A stretch of DNA of 64,000 bases from Nemertoderma westbladi (lineage: Eukaryota > Animalia > Xenacoelomorpha). Position 1 is the first letter of the stretch. The number at the start of each line of letters is the position of its first letter. Below, piece after piece: positions 12,651 to 25,531 of this stretch. Location of the stretch: assembly GCA_032718475.1 (NCBI GenBank), contig JAUCBJ010008182.1, positions 1 through 64,000 on the forward strand. Direction: 5' to 3'. Both the position numbers and the translations under genes were made by a program. Below the pieces are notes generated by a model. The model was not told where the DNA came from, ran no database searches, and saw only the letters and a list, made by a program, of their open reading frames with translations.

Positions 12651-12877
12651 TACTACAGTACTACCGCACGTCGAGTGAGTTCGAACTGAGGAATTCAGTT
12701 CCCTCAAGGCCTCCCGATTCTCCATAGTTGTAACCATTTCGTTTATCTTTCTCACAAGTCCAGTATGGATGGATACCTTTCAATTGGGCTATGTCATAGC
12801 AGGTAAGGTAGTCGTCCATGGGAACGTCTACCTCTTTGTGATTGCCAGAAATTTAATCTAGTATGACCTCATCTTTA
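12651..12877 (-). mobile_element. Decayed second fragment of the same RTE family
   Basis: Shares tcccgattctccatagttgt and gtatgacctc blocks and a decayed TAG tail with 11235-11548. Confidence 0.65.
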
Positions 12878-14665
12878 ATTGGAGTGATACTGTTATTAAT
12901 AATATTACATGAACTGAACTACAATTATTGTTTTATAAATAAATAGGCAAATAGAAAAGGAAGGGATTAACTGAGGAATGTTAACAATGTTGATGGACAC
13001 GCCTCCCTTCCTAAAAGGGGCATAGAAGAAGTGCACCATTCATTTAATTGTACAACAGAACATTTGGGAAAGATTAAGTCAATGATTGCGTTCTATGGCA
13101 CCTTGGCTTCACACAGTGGACCAAGGCTTCTCCCTAGGCTTCCTAAGCACACAGTTTAAACATTTAGTTTAGAACGCCTTTGAGTTCTACTGTTGCTTGT
13201 TAAATAAAATCAATTATTAAGGATTAGGATTACCTCGGTAGAGGGCACGTTATTCCCATCTATTATTGTTCGCGTTTTACAGCAGCAGTAAAGCACCATC
13301 TGCTTCGTTTTAGCTACATATAATAAATGTATTAATTTTTTCTATCATATACCATTTCACAAAGTTTGTGCGATAACGACGACAAGAGATAATTTTTGCT
13401 TTATAAATTTTTAGCTTCACTGTAGAACAAAAGATGGATAACAAAAACATGTGGGAAATATAGTCAGAGAAACATATTTCATGATAATTTAATTTTTGGG
13501 TTAAATTTTTGAGATAACAATATATTTTAACGTTTTTTTAACAACAAATTTTGTCAAAGAGAGAAGGGATATTCTGGGGGGACGACGCTTTGAAAGCTCG
13601 GTTATAGTTAATACAACTAACGAAATGCCAAGGCCGCCAAGGGGGATATAATATTTTTAACATCTAAAATCTATTTAATTAATTAATTATATTGCGGCGC
13701 TGAATCTGTTTAAGTGTTCAGAAGGGCGTTATTTCACTATACAGATTTCACCAACACAAGCCAAGACTGCCGAAATTAGTGGGTCAGATAGTAATAATAG
13801 GAAAGATTAAAGTTCCGAGGCCTATTATATTGTTAAGCAAAATAAACTAAATATATAGGCCTATTATCCTATAATTATCTGAGTTTTATAAAAAATATTT
13901 TTCGTCAACATCACCGTCGTCCACACCCCCAGGTTATCGCGAAATTCGAATATCAAAAGTTAGATATGGGTTGCATGAAACACCTCATTTTCTCTTTCGT
14001 CGTCTTATTGATAATAAAGGTAGGTTTATTTCATAGTTTGTTGTTCCTATTTAGTTATATTGCGGGTTTCAAATACCGCGCTCATCTATGATGTAATAAA
14101 AATAAATATTGAAAAGTACCTTTACAAGTACTTTTATGCTTTCATGCGTTTTACATCAAACATATTTTTCCCACAAAAATAAATGATATTCATACCAGTA
14201 TAGATGAAATTTGCATAAAATACAACTGAACAAAGTAAATACATTTTACAGTTATTTACATTAACAGCAGTTTTACTGTATCCGCATATATTTTGTAAAA
14301 GTATTACCATCTCGTTTGACCTAATGGTTGTAGTAAGTAGCTATCCTATACATTTTATTATATTATTAGCTAATTATACATATATTTAGGTTTTTAGGAT
14401 ACCTTTAATTTTACAGCCTTGGTTGTGGGGCGAGTCAAAACTGCGAGCCATCAGCGAACTGTTAATTATACTATGGCCGTTTTAAAAAAAAGTCTGTGTG
14501 TGTCAGTGTGTGTGTCACAAACCAAGATATAACTAGCCATAGTATAATTATAATTGTATAATTGTTAACAAGATGGCTTGCAGCTTATGCTGCACGAAGG
14601 ACCCACTCGTGTTATACGTAGAAGTGCCTATATTAAAAATGTCGGCCTTGTGTAAACTCTCTAGT

Positions 14666-15100
14666 TAAGAGCGGGAGGGGGGGGGGGGGGGGGGGGGGTC
14701 TAACACCTCCCTATTTCGGAAATTTTCTAAATGTCATCAAAAAAGGCCCAAAGTTTCCCTTTTTTGGGCCATTTTGGTCTACAATGGCCCCCAAACCATT
14801 TTCAGTTAAAAAATATCAGAAGAATTCGATGCAAGGGTCTTCGGAACTTATTATTCTAAATTTCGACAAATGTTGGTGGAGAAATAGCCTTTGACGGAAA
14901 AAGCCACTTTTGGCCATTATGCGGCCAATTTCGGGCCGCATTTAAATTTTAAAAATATTTGGTTTCGCTATTCTTAAACAACCCAGACGTGGTTTAGTAG
15001 CACAAAAAATTATTCCCACCAAATTTTAGGGTCCAGAGACTCCAAAATGTGGGGTTCAATTTGGGGGTGTTACCCCCCCCCCCCCCCCCCCCCCGCTTAA
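14666..15100. mobile_element. MITE-like element with poly-G/poly-C terminal inverted repeats, TTAA-bounded
   Basis: Left end ttaagagcggg(G)n..taacacc; right end ggtgtta(C)n gcttaa. Confidence 0.6.
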
Positions 15101-16099
15101 TATATATTTTTTGATTATTTTCAAGGATTGTGCTGAGGCGATTGAGCTGAGGCCACTAACAACACCACCACTACCACCGCTACCACCAACAACACCACCA
15201 TCACCATGGGTCCACCATGGAGGAGACGGAGATTCAAACCCAAGCTGCGATGATTGCTGGGGGATTAACTTCCACTCGTCTTCTTGCGAAGCTATAATGC
15301 ACAGCTGCATGTAACAATATGTCCCATAATATCTGTAACAATATAATCCGTAATATAATCTGTAATCCGTAACAATATAAATACTAATAGCCTGTACACT
15401 GTACAGGCTATTGTTGATTTTAGTATTTATATTGTTACGAACACTTAACATACCTAGGTGGTGGTTGTTGGGTATATCGTACTGTATCGGGAATGTTATA
15501 TTAAAATTATTTGTGGTGGGAAAACATATTTATTGATATAATAATACATTTATTCTTTTTGGCATTGCAGACCGCCCTTAGGGTAGTATGGGTGTGGGTA
15601 TGTGGGTAAACGTTGCACAAATATACACACCACCTCTCCACCCCCCACCCCCCCCCCCCCCCACCCCACCCCCGATGCACTTGGAGACCTTAGTATAGTT
15701 TTAACTGTTATGTTGGCTGTTAAATGCACTAAGGTAGTGACAAGCCGACTTGAGGGCGTCGCAGTGATCCATTATATAAGGCGGGGTGTCGCAGGAGTTT
15801 TATCGCCCCAGTATGAATTAAGAAGGATGTTAAAAAGAGGTGTTAGGTCTATATATTTCTCCCATTTGGGGTATCGTCAGGACCAAATTCAAAAATACAA
15901 AAAATACAAACACCAGAAAGAGCAGTACTACTTACTACATGCACTACAGTACCGGTACTGAGTATCCAACCTAGGTGGGCTGGCAGACTGATCCTATAAC
16001 AATATAAATCCGGCATGGCCTAAGATACTGTATAAAGCCATGAATAATTATTTGAACCCTAACAATTGCAAATGATTGGTTAATTATACACAATAAATT

Positions 16100-18274
16100 C
16101 ATGAAACGAAACGTGAAACGCTACAGTATGGAGCCATTACCTGTACGTCGCAAATAGGTTGGAATTGTAGGTATCGAACTTATTGAACGCGGTCGCACAA
16201 TTATAAAATAATCAGTACGAAGGCACCAGTAATTGCAGGGACGCGGTATTTCAAATATTGGATTAAATATACACGTTAAATAAATTATTTATAAAATATC
16301 CTACAAAAATGTATGATTGGCCGGGAAATTCTACAGTAGGAAAGCACCGGTCGCAATGGAACTTTCCGATAGCGGATATTGGAATACTATATACGGTTAT
16401 TCAATATAAACTAATCCTACGTAAATGCATGTGAAACGTACAGTAGATTCAGAAAACAATGTGTGTCTGTACTTTGCAAATAGGTATTGAGTAAATTAAC
16501 GGGGTTGTTCAACTAAAAAAATAAAAATAATCAGTACGTAGGCATTAGAAATTGTCTGAAAAGCTACTATTTCAAATATACAGTAGGATTAAACATACAC
16601 GGTAATTAAATTATTTATAAAACTTCCTACAAAAATGTATGAATTGGCAAAGTGGCAATATGCGGCCGGGAAACTCTACAGTATGAAGGCACCAGTTGCA
16701 ATAGAATGCTAGGATAGCGGATATTGAAATAATTATGCACGATTATCCAATTAATTCATTAATCCTACGTGAGTGCATGTGAAAACATACAGCACGTTCA
16801 GAAAACGGCGTGTGCCGTTAAGATAGACATCTCGAATAAGAGGCTAAATAAGGGTTGGTAAATACTACTGTATATAAAGTATAGTACTCGTTCACGTGTT
16901 ATAATAAATTGCGCGGGAAACGTAAAGGACGTATGGAAAAGTGGGAAGTCGGATACATAATAGCAGAAAACAATGCAAATAGTACTGTACATAATTATCA
17001 TTACGGTAAACGAACGTTACCTACATCAACAGTATGGGAAACGTACAGAAGCTTAGAAACATAGGTGTACACATTACCTGGCAAATGTATACAGTACGTT
17101 GGAAACGGGTGTATGGCTCATGTCGTTTCCATGTAGACCAATAACCACACGGGAAATGTACAATACCGTTGAAAGAGCTGGGAAGGTTAATCTACATAAT
17201 AAACGTAGCCTAAGTATAAACGAAAAATAATGTGGGATTACCCATATGTAGATGTACAGTATAAAATTAATATATGTGTAAAAAATGGATGCACCAAAAC
17301 CAGGAATTCAAAAAATGTACAAAATGGATGCATACAAATAAACACCGGCAAATTGAAAAATTTATGGATAAAATATCCATTCTACATCAATTTATAAACA
17401 TATTTTCGAAATGGGTAAGACCAACGAAAATCATAAAGTCTTAATTAGGTGTACCGTGTGATCCGATTCCCGGATCGGATTCCCGGGGGGGCTCATTTGG
17501 TGCGGTTCACATGGCGGGATACATCTTGTTCCATGGGGGCCTATGCTTGTTTATGTATACTGATTCTGCGTGTACTCTGTCAATGTCAGTGTGGAACCCG
17601 CGGAACGCTGTTATCCTCAGGTTGTCGATCGGGCACGAGAGAAAATGTTGTAGTAGAACGTACTCAGGGGTGTTTGTAGAGTCGGGGTCCAGTTCCTTTC
17701 TGAAACTGCGTATGGTTGATCTGTGCTTAGTAAGTCTGTTGTTCGCGCTTTCAGACCTTTAGCAGTTTAACCTGCCAATTTTAGGTGTCCTCTTGTTTAT
17801 AAATCGACTTTAGCCTATAACAAGTATTTGGTGCACATGAAGTTACATTAGCCGAAGCCAGTCTATGCGCGATCATTCACCCACTGTTAAGGGAGACTGG
17901 ATTCGGGTGCTTTTAAGTGATTGCGGTGCAGACCTACTGTATTATTCGATTGATCGTTACTATATAATCTCTGACAAATATATTTACTTTCGGGGAAATA
18001 TTAACAGTTCCTTTAGGACGTGGCGCTTTAGGTATATAAACAGAGTTATGACTTATACTAAACACAACGAGATGGCCACTGAGTTTCGTAAATATCGCAT
18101 TCTTTAGGAGATGCTTTATTATCTGTCACACGACTTCACTCTACTTCACACTGATCTGCCGACCGTCACTGAATTTGATCATATATAAGGAGGATAGCAA
18201 CTGACACATGTAGGGATTATGAAATAGCATTTAATTCACACAAAACCACTATAATGTAAGTCGCAATTGCTACA
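16100..18274 (-). mobile_element. Candidate 3' LTR region of the decayed host BEL element (distal boundary unknown)
   Basis: On minus: purine tract gaaggtaagagggaccgg, then TGTAGC at 18274, a TATA-like ttatatat near 18185 and AATAAA near 18118. No partner LTR in window. Confidence 0.35.
16202..16820. repeat. Diverged ~320-bp tandem duplication
   Basis: Blocks aaaataatcagtacg, cctacaaaaatgtatga, ggccgggaaa, gatagcggatatt, taatcctacgt and ttcagaaaac each occur twice in order. Confidence 0.75.
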
Positions 18275-18764
18275 GGTAACCGGTCCCTCTTACCTTCAGT
18301 AATCAAGAAGATTGGGGGTTTTATGATTATTTATCGGTATTCTCCAAATATAACAACATATCCATCAATATACAACAATTAATAACAGACAGTAAACAGA
18401 AGTAAAATAATGCGGTGAAAGTCAGTATGTCGGTAGGTGATCGGTAATACCGCAGTGTTGATCAGTAATGCATTGCAGGTGAGTTGAGATAATAGATTTA
18501 CGTTCTTGTAATCAAAGCCATCTAATGTTTGGCCAAAGTCTGAAACTTCTACAGAAGCACAGAAGAATTCTAAGCCGGTGTTCTGAGGCTCAGTAAAGGT
18601 AAACAAAGACTGTAATGCATTGCGCGGTTTTCCGTAGGCCCTTGTCCAACATAAAAATGAAAATCGCTCTGATTGCTGAGCAGAACAAAGAGAGGTTCCA
18701 CGTTTACAGTAAATCAGCTGTCAGATTTCGTCATCTGAGTTCCAGTCTTTTAGAGTATTAGGCG

Positions 18765-18903
18765 CATTGCGGCAGAAAATGGCTTGTTATGTCCGCTAAA
18801 GCACCGGTACTGGTACATTGCGGAGAAAATGACTTGTTATGTCCGCTAAAGCACCTACACGGTATATTGCGGAGAAAAATGACTTGTTATGTCCACAAAA
18901 GCT
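18765..18903. repeat. Three tandem ~50-bp units
   Basis: attgcgg(c)agaaaatgRcttgttatgtcc..aaagc occurs three times. Confidence 0.8.
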
Positions 18904-18987
18904 TTTACACCGCTCCAAGAACATGGGATTTAATTCTATAAAATATAAAAAATCACAGTTTCTAAAATATAAAAATACTCTAAACAG

Positions 18988-20683
18988 TTAGTGCTTCTTA
19001 CATGAACGGCGTTTACGCAGTTTTTTGAGGCTAGCAAGAGTCCTTTTCTCTTTGGGGCGAGCCACTTTACTAGGAGGGCTATAACTCCTGGGTGAAGGGT
19101 GCAATACAATTGCATCGGAAGGTTTAGGGTTACGGTCGGTGTATCCGCCGGTCGAGGTACCCGGTTGATCGGTATCAACCTCAGTGGAACGAGGTCGAAC
19201 AACCTTGAGAGCGCGTTTTAAGACAGCAGCTCTTACTGGTCCCTGATGGATCGTTTGCACGAGAGCAGTAGGTGGACCGTGTGTAGTGAGAAATTTCCTC
19301 GGTTTGATGGTTCTTTCCAACTCGCGTTCTCGGGCTCTATCGGAATCGATATGCTTCTCCTCGAGCTGATTTTCCTCCGCTTGTCATTGGAAGCATTCGT
19401 CCAAAACTCTTGCAGAGAGTAGGGTCGTCCAAGTTCGCTATCTTCTTAGAGATTCTGGATTTCCCGATCGAACTGAGATAAAGCTAATTTGTTTACCGCT
19501 TGGACTTGCTGCTGCAATTTACGTTTCTCTAAACAATCATAGGTTCCTTTTCCAATCTTTTGTCAAATAGTGTCTAACGCGTTTCGTTCAACTCTCTCCT
19601 CCACCTCGGTGACAGGTTGTATCGGGGTTAAACTGGGACGATTATACGGGTTGAACGGCGATATTAAATGTCCGCGTCCCAATCCGGCTAGGTAGGATGG
19701 GCGAATATCTAGGGAGCCCACAACCGGAGTGTCACCGACTAATTGTTCGAGTAACACTAGATCTTTGAACAGTGAGTACAGTTCGAGAGGATCCGTCATA
19801 CTAAGGATCAAAATTCTGAGGTCTCACCAGGGAATGAGGAGGTCTGACCAAGTATTCCGGAGCTCCGATCATAGGTTTATTTAAGGATCGTTTGAGTCGA
19901 GCGAGCCCGGGTGATACGTCGAACAAGTTTCGCTCGAAACTCCCGTAAGTATAGCGAGTAAAACTGTGTTTAGCTCAACGAGGTTTATGTCTTTCCGTTT
20001 GTTGGTTGGGTCTAGGGCATTCAACGCAATAATACCAAAGACGCACGTCTTGTAGGGGAAACGCGGGTGATCTTTCTCCAGTTTTACAATATTCCTCCAT
20101 CTGTTCGAAGCTATCCGGTACAACAAGTGGCGGTCGATCAGCGGTAAGAGACATCATAGTGAAATAGAGTCGTTCGAGTTCTATCATAGGGTCATGATGT
20201 ATACCTTGAGGATATCGAGTTTCGAGATTTTGTTGACTGGCTATATTGAGATATATTTCTCTCAAGAATTCCAGATATTCGTTGAAGTCACTGCGTTTAT
20301 CCGGCTCTTCAACATCTTCTCTTTCGAGTCAGTTTCGAATGGAATTTTCGTGTTCGATTCTCCGTTTATCGTTCTGATTCCGCTGGGTATGATATTTAAA
20401 TAGGTGTCTACATCGTCTGTATTGTGTAAATCGATAGGATGACCAGTAGTTAAGAAGTCCATATACGTACCATTACGATGCGTATAGCGAGTGGTGAATT
20501 TTCTATAGTCCAATTCACGCATGAGGTGTTCCTTTGACATTGGCGGTTCGATATAACGGCCATCGTCCTCCGTAGTGGGTTGACTAGCGTCGCCGCGTAT
20601 TAAAATATCAACAAACGCTTGCAATGGTAGGGTAGGCTATATCGCTCCCTGATACCAACATCATCTTCTATCAACTCAGTCAT
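18988..20683 (-). pseudogene. Frameshifted extra ORF of the host BEL element, homologous to the N-terminus of ORF3 at 49876
   Basis: Chain of same-strand fragments (ATG 20683; 20262-20624; 19975-20265; 19563-19811; 18988-19320) downstream of host integrase. 17/38 ungapped identities to ORF3, then a CxxC motif and a basic C-terminal tail. Confidence 0.75.
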
Positions 20684-21255
20684 AGCTGCTATATGAGTTT
20701 ATCAATATTATAATTAATTATATTTAGGCTAGCGGTCGTCGCTGCCTCCCCCTTAATGCCCCCGGACAGCGCAAGCTCCTCAGCGCTGATGTACTGTCGC
20801 CGCTGTGTCTCTCGCCAACGTAGTAGCTACACAACGACAACAATAACCAGCGCGAGTCACTCCACTGTCCATCCCAAGGGCTCAGAATTACTTCAGGTTA
20901 TTGCTACAGAGGTGGGGCAACTTTCACAACTGCGACTCGCAACTGTAAACACACTTTAGTAGTAACATTCACCTATAAACGCACAAATTCCACACAACTG
21001 TCACAAATTGTACACATTCGGGCCATTTGTCCGTTAGTCAAGTGCCTTCCAGAATGCCACGTTATTATTATGTATCCCTGGATACTAGCAGTGTGCTATT
21101 TATTCCGTATGCTATTCAATGGGGCAAGCTTTCTATTGTTCTTTTAACTCGCTTCTAATTCTAGCGTGGTTGTTGCTATGGTGACATTATGGAAAGCTAG
21201 CAGTAGAATTAGGGTAATTCTCATGCATACAGATCTGGGATGCTATTTAATAGTA

Positions 21256-23599
21256 TCTATAGACTATAATAGATATAATAGACTCTATACAAGACTGTAA
21301 TGCATTTACACTTCGACCCTTCTCTAGTGATCACCGCCTTATTGTGGCCAAGGTAAGACTTAGTTTGCGTGCTAGCAGAACAACGAAATCTGCCTTGCCG
21401 CGGAATGACTGGTCCTCTCTGTTGCAACAGCCAAGTGTGAGATCCAGCTTCACACTACAGCTGAGCAACAGGTATGAGGCTCTTGCCTCTGAGGCGGCAG
21501 ATCACTGTGAGGGCTATACTGCCTTTACAGAAGCAGTTAAGTTAGCAGCTGCAGAAACAGTTCCTGTATACCCTCGAAACAGGAAAAGGGCCCCCTGGAC
21601 TGACAACAAAATTCAGAAGTGCCGAAATGACCTTCATAAGGCGCAGAAAGAGTCCCGACTCAAACAGACTACAGTGGCCAAGAATGCAGCTAAGGCTGCA
21701 TATTTAGGTCCCTGAACAGACAGTACTCTGCTAATCTACAGTAGCTAATAAACCAACAGGTTGATGCCATCAATGATGCTGACGACAGCAGGCAATCATC
21801 CCAGGCATGGAAATCGATCAATCTGCTTACTGGGCGGAAAAGCCAACCAACCACCAAGGTTAAGGCTGAATCACCAGCCGATCGCCTCAATGGTTGGAAA
21901 GCCCACTTTGAAAAGCTCCTCAATAATGACAGGGTATTGCCTGATAACTTTATAGAAGTAAAAGTGTCTGAGTCGGTACTCCCAGATATTCCCATTGGCG
22001 ATATCTCCTTTGCAGAAGTGAAGGCTGCTGCAAAGAGCATTAAGTAAGACCAATCGTGCCAGTGGAGTAGATGGTGTTCCCCCTGAGGTCTTTAAAATAC
22101 CTGAGTGTCTAAAGCTCATCTATCCCATCATAGTAGACATGTACCGAACAACAAGAGTCCCACAGGAAATGAAAACAAATAAGTTGGTGCCAGTTCCCAA
22201 GAAGGGCAACCTAACACTCTATGGTTCTTTTCGGGGAATCTCATTGATCTCGATTGCTGCAAAGCTATACAATAGGATTCTATTAAATCGCATCAGGGAT
22301 CCTATTGAGAGACTGCTCCGTGGAAATCAGAATGGGTTCCGTAAAGGTCGTGGGACCATGGAGCCCATTTTGGCACTTAGAAGGATAATTGAAGAGTTAT
22401 CAAAAAAGAAAGACAGGCATCTGGCTGTTATCTTTGTTGACTTCTTCAAGGCCTTTGATTCAGTCTCTCGCTCACGTATGTTCAGCATACTTTCATTATA
22501 TGGGATTCCTGATGAAATTATTGCAGCAATCAGATCAGTATACGATGGTTCGACAACATTTGTGTCTACTGTTGACGGTGACACAGAACCATTTGAAGTG
22601 TTATGGGGCGTCCTCCAAGGAGACACACTTGCACCATTCTTGTTCATTATTGTGGTTGACTATGTTCTACGCATGTCCTTAGATCATTATAATGATGATG
22701 GGGTGATGATAACTCCACCTACTGGCTCCAGAAGTCGAGGAAATCCTGACAAGTACCTAACTGATCTAGACTTTGCTGATGACTTAGGAGTACTCTCAGA
22801 ATCATTAGAGGGAGCCCAACGGCTCCTCAGCTCATTAGAACATGCTGCTTCTAGTGTTGGTCTTTTTATTAACTCCAGAAAGACCAAAATTCTGACAGTT
22901 AACTTTGAAAGTCCTCAGCAAGTCTCTGATCGGATGAGCATAAGCTCAAAGGATGGTATGCTTGAGCATGTGGACGACTTCTGTTGCCTGGGATCATGGA
23001 TCCGGAAGTCAGGTGAGGACCTTCGAATACGTAAGGGAAAGGCATGGGCAGCCTTGAATAGGCTTTCCAGGATTTGGAAGTCACCGAGAATTAATCGGAA
23101 ACTTAATGTCCGATTATTTAGAGCAGCAATAGTTCCAGTACTCCTCTACGGGAGTCCATGCTGGGCTCTAACTGCTGATGACACCAAATCTCTGGATGGC
23201 ACATTCACAAGAATGCTACGCCGGGTACATTGTGTCAAGTACAATGCACACATCTCCAACCAGACACTATATAACATTGGAGGTGTCTCATTGGTTCCCC
23301 CAAGCTTGACACTAGAACAAAATCGCCTCCGCTTTGCAGGACATTGCTTTCGCCGTGGGGACCAGCCAGTGCATAATCTTGTACTTTGGCAGCCTCATGG
23401 AGTGAATAAGCATGGTGGACAGCCCATGACTTTCTTGAGACGCATCTTAAAGGACACTGGCCTTAAAGATGCGGATGATCTAGCAAATGTCATGGGTGAT
23501 AGGGAGTTGTGGCGGTGCAATTTTGTTGACAAGCCGGCACAGCATTCTTAAAAATGCAGCTGCAATGCAGCATGCCGATCCTAGTAGTAGTAGTAGTAG
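21256..23599 (+). mobile_element. 5'-truncated RTE-type LINE with frameshifts
   Basis: APE end (SSDHRLIV), RT (FRGISL, FVDFFKAFD, QGDTLAP, FADD), LRFAGHC..LVLWQP. (TAG)n tail. 12-bp TSD TATTTAATAGTA at 21244-21255 and 23600-23611. Confidence 0.92.
22139..23551 (+). CDS. RTE reverse transcriptase (remaining open part)
   Basis: 470-aa ORF with full RT motifs; upstream part 21290-22138 is broken by a frameshift and stop near 21715. Confidence 0.85.
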   Translation: MYRTTRVPQEMKTNKLVPVPKKGNLTLYGSFRGISLISIAAKLYNRILLNRIRDPIERLLRGNQNGFRKGRGTMEPILALRRIIEELSKKKDRHLAVIFVDFFKAFDSVSRSRMFSILSLYGIPDEIIAAIRSVYDGSTTFVSTVDGDTEPFEVLWGVLQGDTLAPFLFIIVVDYVLRMSLDHYNDDGVMITPPTGSRSRGNPDKYLTDLDFADDLGVLSESLEGAQRLLSSLEHAASSVGLFINSRKTKILTVNFESPQQVSDRMSISSKDGMLEHVDDFCCLGSWIRKSGEDLRIRKGKAWAALNRLSRIWKSPRINRKLNVRLFRAAIVPVLLYGSPCWALTADDTKSLDGTFTRMLRRVHCVKYNAHISNQTLYNIGGVSLVPPSLTLEQNRLRFAGHCFRRGDQPVHNLVLWQPHGVNKHGGQPMTFLRRILKDTGLKDADDLANVMGDRELWRCNFVDKPAQHS

Positions 23600-23861
23600 T
23601 ATTTAATAGTAATTCTTTAATTGTCAATATTCCCCTTTATATATGATTTTATGAATTTTATCGGCTATTGACTATATGTTGGAGATTCTCGCACACTAAT
23701 ATACTTAATAGGGTGAATCTCCGCTCCCATGATCTATTAATTAATGGAATTTTGGGAATGTTATAAATTGTATAAAATTACAATTTAACAAATTCATGAG
23801 AGGATATGAATTTAAATTTATTCCCGTAAATTTTATTATTTAATATTAAAATAGACACAAT

Positions 23862-24225
23862 TTTATTCCAGAACATGTCTGGGGACTAGAATCTTTAATT
23901 CTAGAAAATTTGTCTTTTTAAGAGTATCGGTAAGTGCTACGATATCTTATTCGACTACAATTTTAAAGGATCTAAATTTTAACAGATTTTGATTTATAGA
24001 TTTTCTAGAGTTAACTTGTAAGCATTTACTCTATTATATTTGTTTTGACAGGTTTTACAATTATTTATTAAATAGATATTTAAGATGGGCACCGATTTAT
24101 TCCAGAACATGTCTGGGGACGTTAACCACTGATTCTAGAATTTTGTCTTTCAAGTATATCGGTGGGTGCCGCGATATCTTAATCGACTAGAATGGCAGAT
24201 GGTCAAAGGGTTTAACAGATTTATT
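23862..24225. repeat. Duplicated ~130-bp block in the host BEL intergenic region
   Basis: tttattccagaacatgtctggggac..gatatctta.tcgacta..tttaacagattt at 23862 and 24096. Confidence 0.75.
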
Positions 24226-24751
24226 TTGCATTTTACGCTACTGTTAAAGGGACATCACGCTACTATATGTATTATTTAATATACGGAATGAGAGCAATAT
24301 TGCAAGAAGCAATGTCAGTGAGAAGAGGCAAGTCGTTTCCAAGGTCTACCCAGAGCTTGGATTAGCCGAGACACAAGGATCTGAACTTTGCATTCCTAAT
24401 ACTCTACTTACCAATAATACTTGAGTATAGTAGGAGCTTTATTGTACTTTAATAAGTACGGATATTTCATCTTACTGTAGTTACGTATTTATAATATGAT
24501 ACGGACAGTAAGGAAAGAGAAAAAGAATTATTTCTCGCCGTTGCACTAAATATATAATGTTAAATAATTAAGTAATAAACACGAATATATATATTGCACT
24601 AATCTCTACTAAACAATCGCTAAAATAACATTCTACTAAATAAAATTAAAGAAAACGACTATAATAAAATTACATAATAATACATACATAAATATAAAAA
24701 TAATAAAAACAAATATAAAATAATATAGTCACACACCCACTCCAGACGCTG

Positions 24752-24989
24752 TTACTTTGGGGAGTCCCTAGATGTTTGTTGGATTAGGGAGGTGGTCGTG
24801 GGAAGAGTATCTTGCCTTCCATAGTTTCCGGATAGTTCTCTGTCTCTTTCCAGTAAACATAAACGACCAACTGGGCGATTGAGTTGTTGTGTTTCGAATA
24901 CAATTCCAGGTTTCTTAAAGTTACGTCGCATGACGACGAGTTCTACCGATCGGATCGCACTAAACCATCATCGGATATATGAGTCTCGA
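24752..24989 (-). pseudogene. Host BEL integrase C-terminus, continuation of the ORF broken at 56204
   Basis: GRIIE (56204 side) continues as THISDDGLVRS..VEL..LNRPVGRLCLLE, a typical BEL integrase tail. Confidence 0.88.
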
Positions 24990-25115
24990 TATAGAATTAT
25001 ATTCCCTAAATGCCGTGGATTTTCAAAATTTTATTTTATTCGGATTAACTTTGTAAAGATTGCTTTGAGTTCTCATTCGTATTGGTTCTATCATTTGTGC
25101 ATCTATCGGTCAAGT

Positions 25116-25202
25116 GGTTCAGTAGCTCAGTCGGTAGAGCGTTGGAAATTATATGTGTAGTAGGTATTGAGTTCGAATCCTAGTAAGTGCGAATTATTTT
25201 TT
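25116..25202 (+). promoter_or_regulatory. tRNA-derived Pol III cassette in LTR1 (box A, box B, T6 terminator)
   Basis: TAGCTCAGTCGGTAGAGC (box A with intact D-stem), GAGTTCGAATCC (box B, 25169-25180), TTTTTT at 25197-25202. Acceptor and anticodon stems do not pair. Confidence 0.75.
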
Positions 25203-25259
25203 GTACAGAATTTCAACTCATTTAAATTAACCGCTACAAATTAATTGCATTTGTCTGTA

Positions 25260-25531
25260 CCAATGAGACTGTAGTTATTTGATTGTAACCAATGTCGTGC
25301 AAGTTATATATTAGCTGGACCAATAGCTATCTTTAAAACCCCGTTAGAACCCATAGAACAATCGAGAATTTTCTCGATTGATTGCGGCACAAATTTAGTA
25401 TATAAAGGTGCGATTTGTTCATTAGTTATCAATCTCTATCTCAATCTTATACATTCATTATCTCAGTGCATTCTATCTATATCTTTCTGATTTCATTAGT
25501 TATTATCTTATCTGTTTGATTTTGTAATAAA
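25260..25531 (+). promoter_or_regulatory. LTR Pol II promoter and poly(A) signal candidates
   Basis: Three CCAAT boxes, palindrome CAATCGAGAA-TT-TTCTCGATTG, TATATAAA at 25399-25406, AATAAA at 25526-25531 (a second AATAAA at 26119-26124). Confidence 0.6.

Noticed and set aside
15128-15314. Exon-like Pro/Cys-rich segment, possible last exon of a small gene
   Set aside because: Plausible acceptor and stop, but low complexity and no convincing upstream exons.
18765-18903. CRISPR-like array
   Set aside because: Eukaryotic TE context, three imperfect units, no unique spacers or cas genes.
25116-25190. Functional tRNA gene, or an LTR-encoded tRNA acting as the primer
   Set aside because: Acceptor, anticodon and T stems do not pair, and its 3' end is not complementary to the PBS position.
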